Of a DNA stretch of 64,000 bases, positions 63,046 to 64,000 are shown one piece after another. Source of the stretch: Patescibacteria group bacterium (GTDB taxonomy: Bacteria > Patescibacteriota > Patescibacteriia > 2-12-FULL-57-11); the NCBI GenBank assembly GCA_004297205.1, contig SCUL01000002.1, positions 530,893 to 594,892 on the forward strand, in the 5' to 3' direction. The notes below the pieces were generated by a model. It did not search any database and was not told where the DNA came from. It worked only from the letters and a program-made list of their open reading frames with translations. Every line of letters starts with the position of its first letter. Within the stretch, counting starts at the first letter, position 1. The translations under genes were made by a program, and so were the position numbers.

Positions 63046-64000
63046 TCAGCCCGCCCAACCGTTGCTGACAAAGAGCGCGATGTTCACGGCCAGCAGCAAC
63101 GTGGAGCCAAACAGCCAGGCGGTCCGGACGCTTTGCGACTTCAGGCCGGCGAGTAGCAGGAACAGCGGAAAAAGCACGAGCGTATATCGACCGATGCTTG
63201 CCAGCGACCCCGTGCTGACAGCCGCAGCAATCGCTGCCAGCATGTAGGCGCCGTACGACGGCCGCAGTTTCCGCCAGGCAAGAACGGCCGCAATGACCGC
63301 GATGACCAGGAACGTCACGTCCATGGCCAGGTTCACCGTTGCCGGTGCGGTCCAGACGTCAAAATGTTCCGGATTGAAACGGAACGATCTGCCCCAACTT
63401 TTTTGCACATCGAAAAAGAGCAACGCATTCCCGAATGCCAGGCCGTGGAAAGAAAAGAATGCGGCGAGTCCAGCCGGAATCAACAGAAGCGGCGGCAACT
63501 TACGCAGTGCCTGCTGCGGCCCGACGGCCCGCAGCAACTCGAACACGGCAGGAATGAACAGCAGGACTCCGGTCACCCGGGTCAGTGCCGCGAGCCCTCC
63601 AACGATGCCGGCGGCCCACCAACGTTTCTCGAACAGGAAGTAAAAGGTGAGTATGGAGAGAAACAGGAAAAGCGATTCGGTATAGACGGCGTTCAAGAAA
63701 AACGCCGTGGGGAAGACCAACAGAAAAAGGAGCACCTGCTCCGGATCGATGTGGGGATGATGCCGCCGGACAAGCCTCGTCAGCGCCAGTGCGGCAAGCG
63801 CCAGAAAAAGACTGGCGATCAACCACCCCGCCAGCGCCACGTGGCCGAAAAGAATCGGCGTCAGCACGGCGACGAGCGTCGGATACAAGGGAAAGAAGAC
63901 GATGTTCGAAAGCTGACCGGATCCGGCATAGCGATACCCTTCCCGGGCGATGTCCAGGTACCACTCCCCGTCCCAGCGAGCATGCAGCCCGATCAGGTCG
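63046..64000 (-). CDS. PIG-V-like mannosyltransferase (GT-C), 5' end outside the window
   Basis: Frame open to the window edge: RWDGEWY..IA.EGY, FFPLYP, YTESLF, TRVTG, Q..WGR, S.GRY. Confidence 0.85.
   Translation of the reverse strand, partial: DLIGLHARWDGEWYLDIAREGYRYAGSGQLSNIVFFPLYPTLVAVLTPILFGHVALAGWLIASLFLALAALALTRLVRRHHPHIDPEQVLLFLLVFPTAFFLNAVYTESLFLFLSILTFYFLFEKRWWAAGIVGGLAALTRVTGVLLFIPAVFELLRAVGPQQALRKLPPLLLIPAGLAAFFSFHGLAFGNALLFFDVQKSWGRSFRFNPEHFDVWTAPATVNLAMDVTFLVIAVIAAVLAWRKLRPSYGAYMLAAIAAAVSTGSLASIGRYTLVLFPLFLLLAGLKSQSVRTAWLFGSTLLLAVNIALFVSNGWAG

Noticed and set aside
53469-64000. Recoded genetic code (TGA readthrough as in Gracilibacteria/SR1)
   Set aside because: Conserved genes (efp, thyA, ssb, ruvB, rpoC) end at TGA at their expected lengths.

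Overview
This is a high-GC bacterial chromosomal window (TGA used as stop). It looks like a Patescibacteria/CPR genome (Parcubacteria/ABY1-like); that is inferred from the T4SS-type pilin array, lamin-tail protein, 'LxGAGC' lipoproteins, DUF5652, compact RpoB and ftsK-rodZ-recA synteny. Core content: rlmH, ruvB, galU, rpoB-rpoC, ftsK, recA, thyA-folA, rpsF-ssb-rpsR-epmA-efp, ychF, four tRNAs, an IscR-led Fe-S cluster operon, flippase/O-antigen ligase and GT-C glycosylation genes, and seven tandem pilin-like genes. The most unusual locus lies at 44750-48250, between rpoB and ftsK. It holds a ~670-nt highly structured non-coding leader with two similar domains exactly 200 nt apart, a triple zinc-finger-like orphan gene, a second orphan gene, and a separately promoted and terminated ~220-nt non-coding RNA. 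That RNA's unpaired loop is complementary to the repeated motif in the leader, suggesting an undescribed RNA-RNA/RNP system. All calls come from reading the sequence by eye; no searches or folding programs were run.
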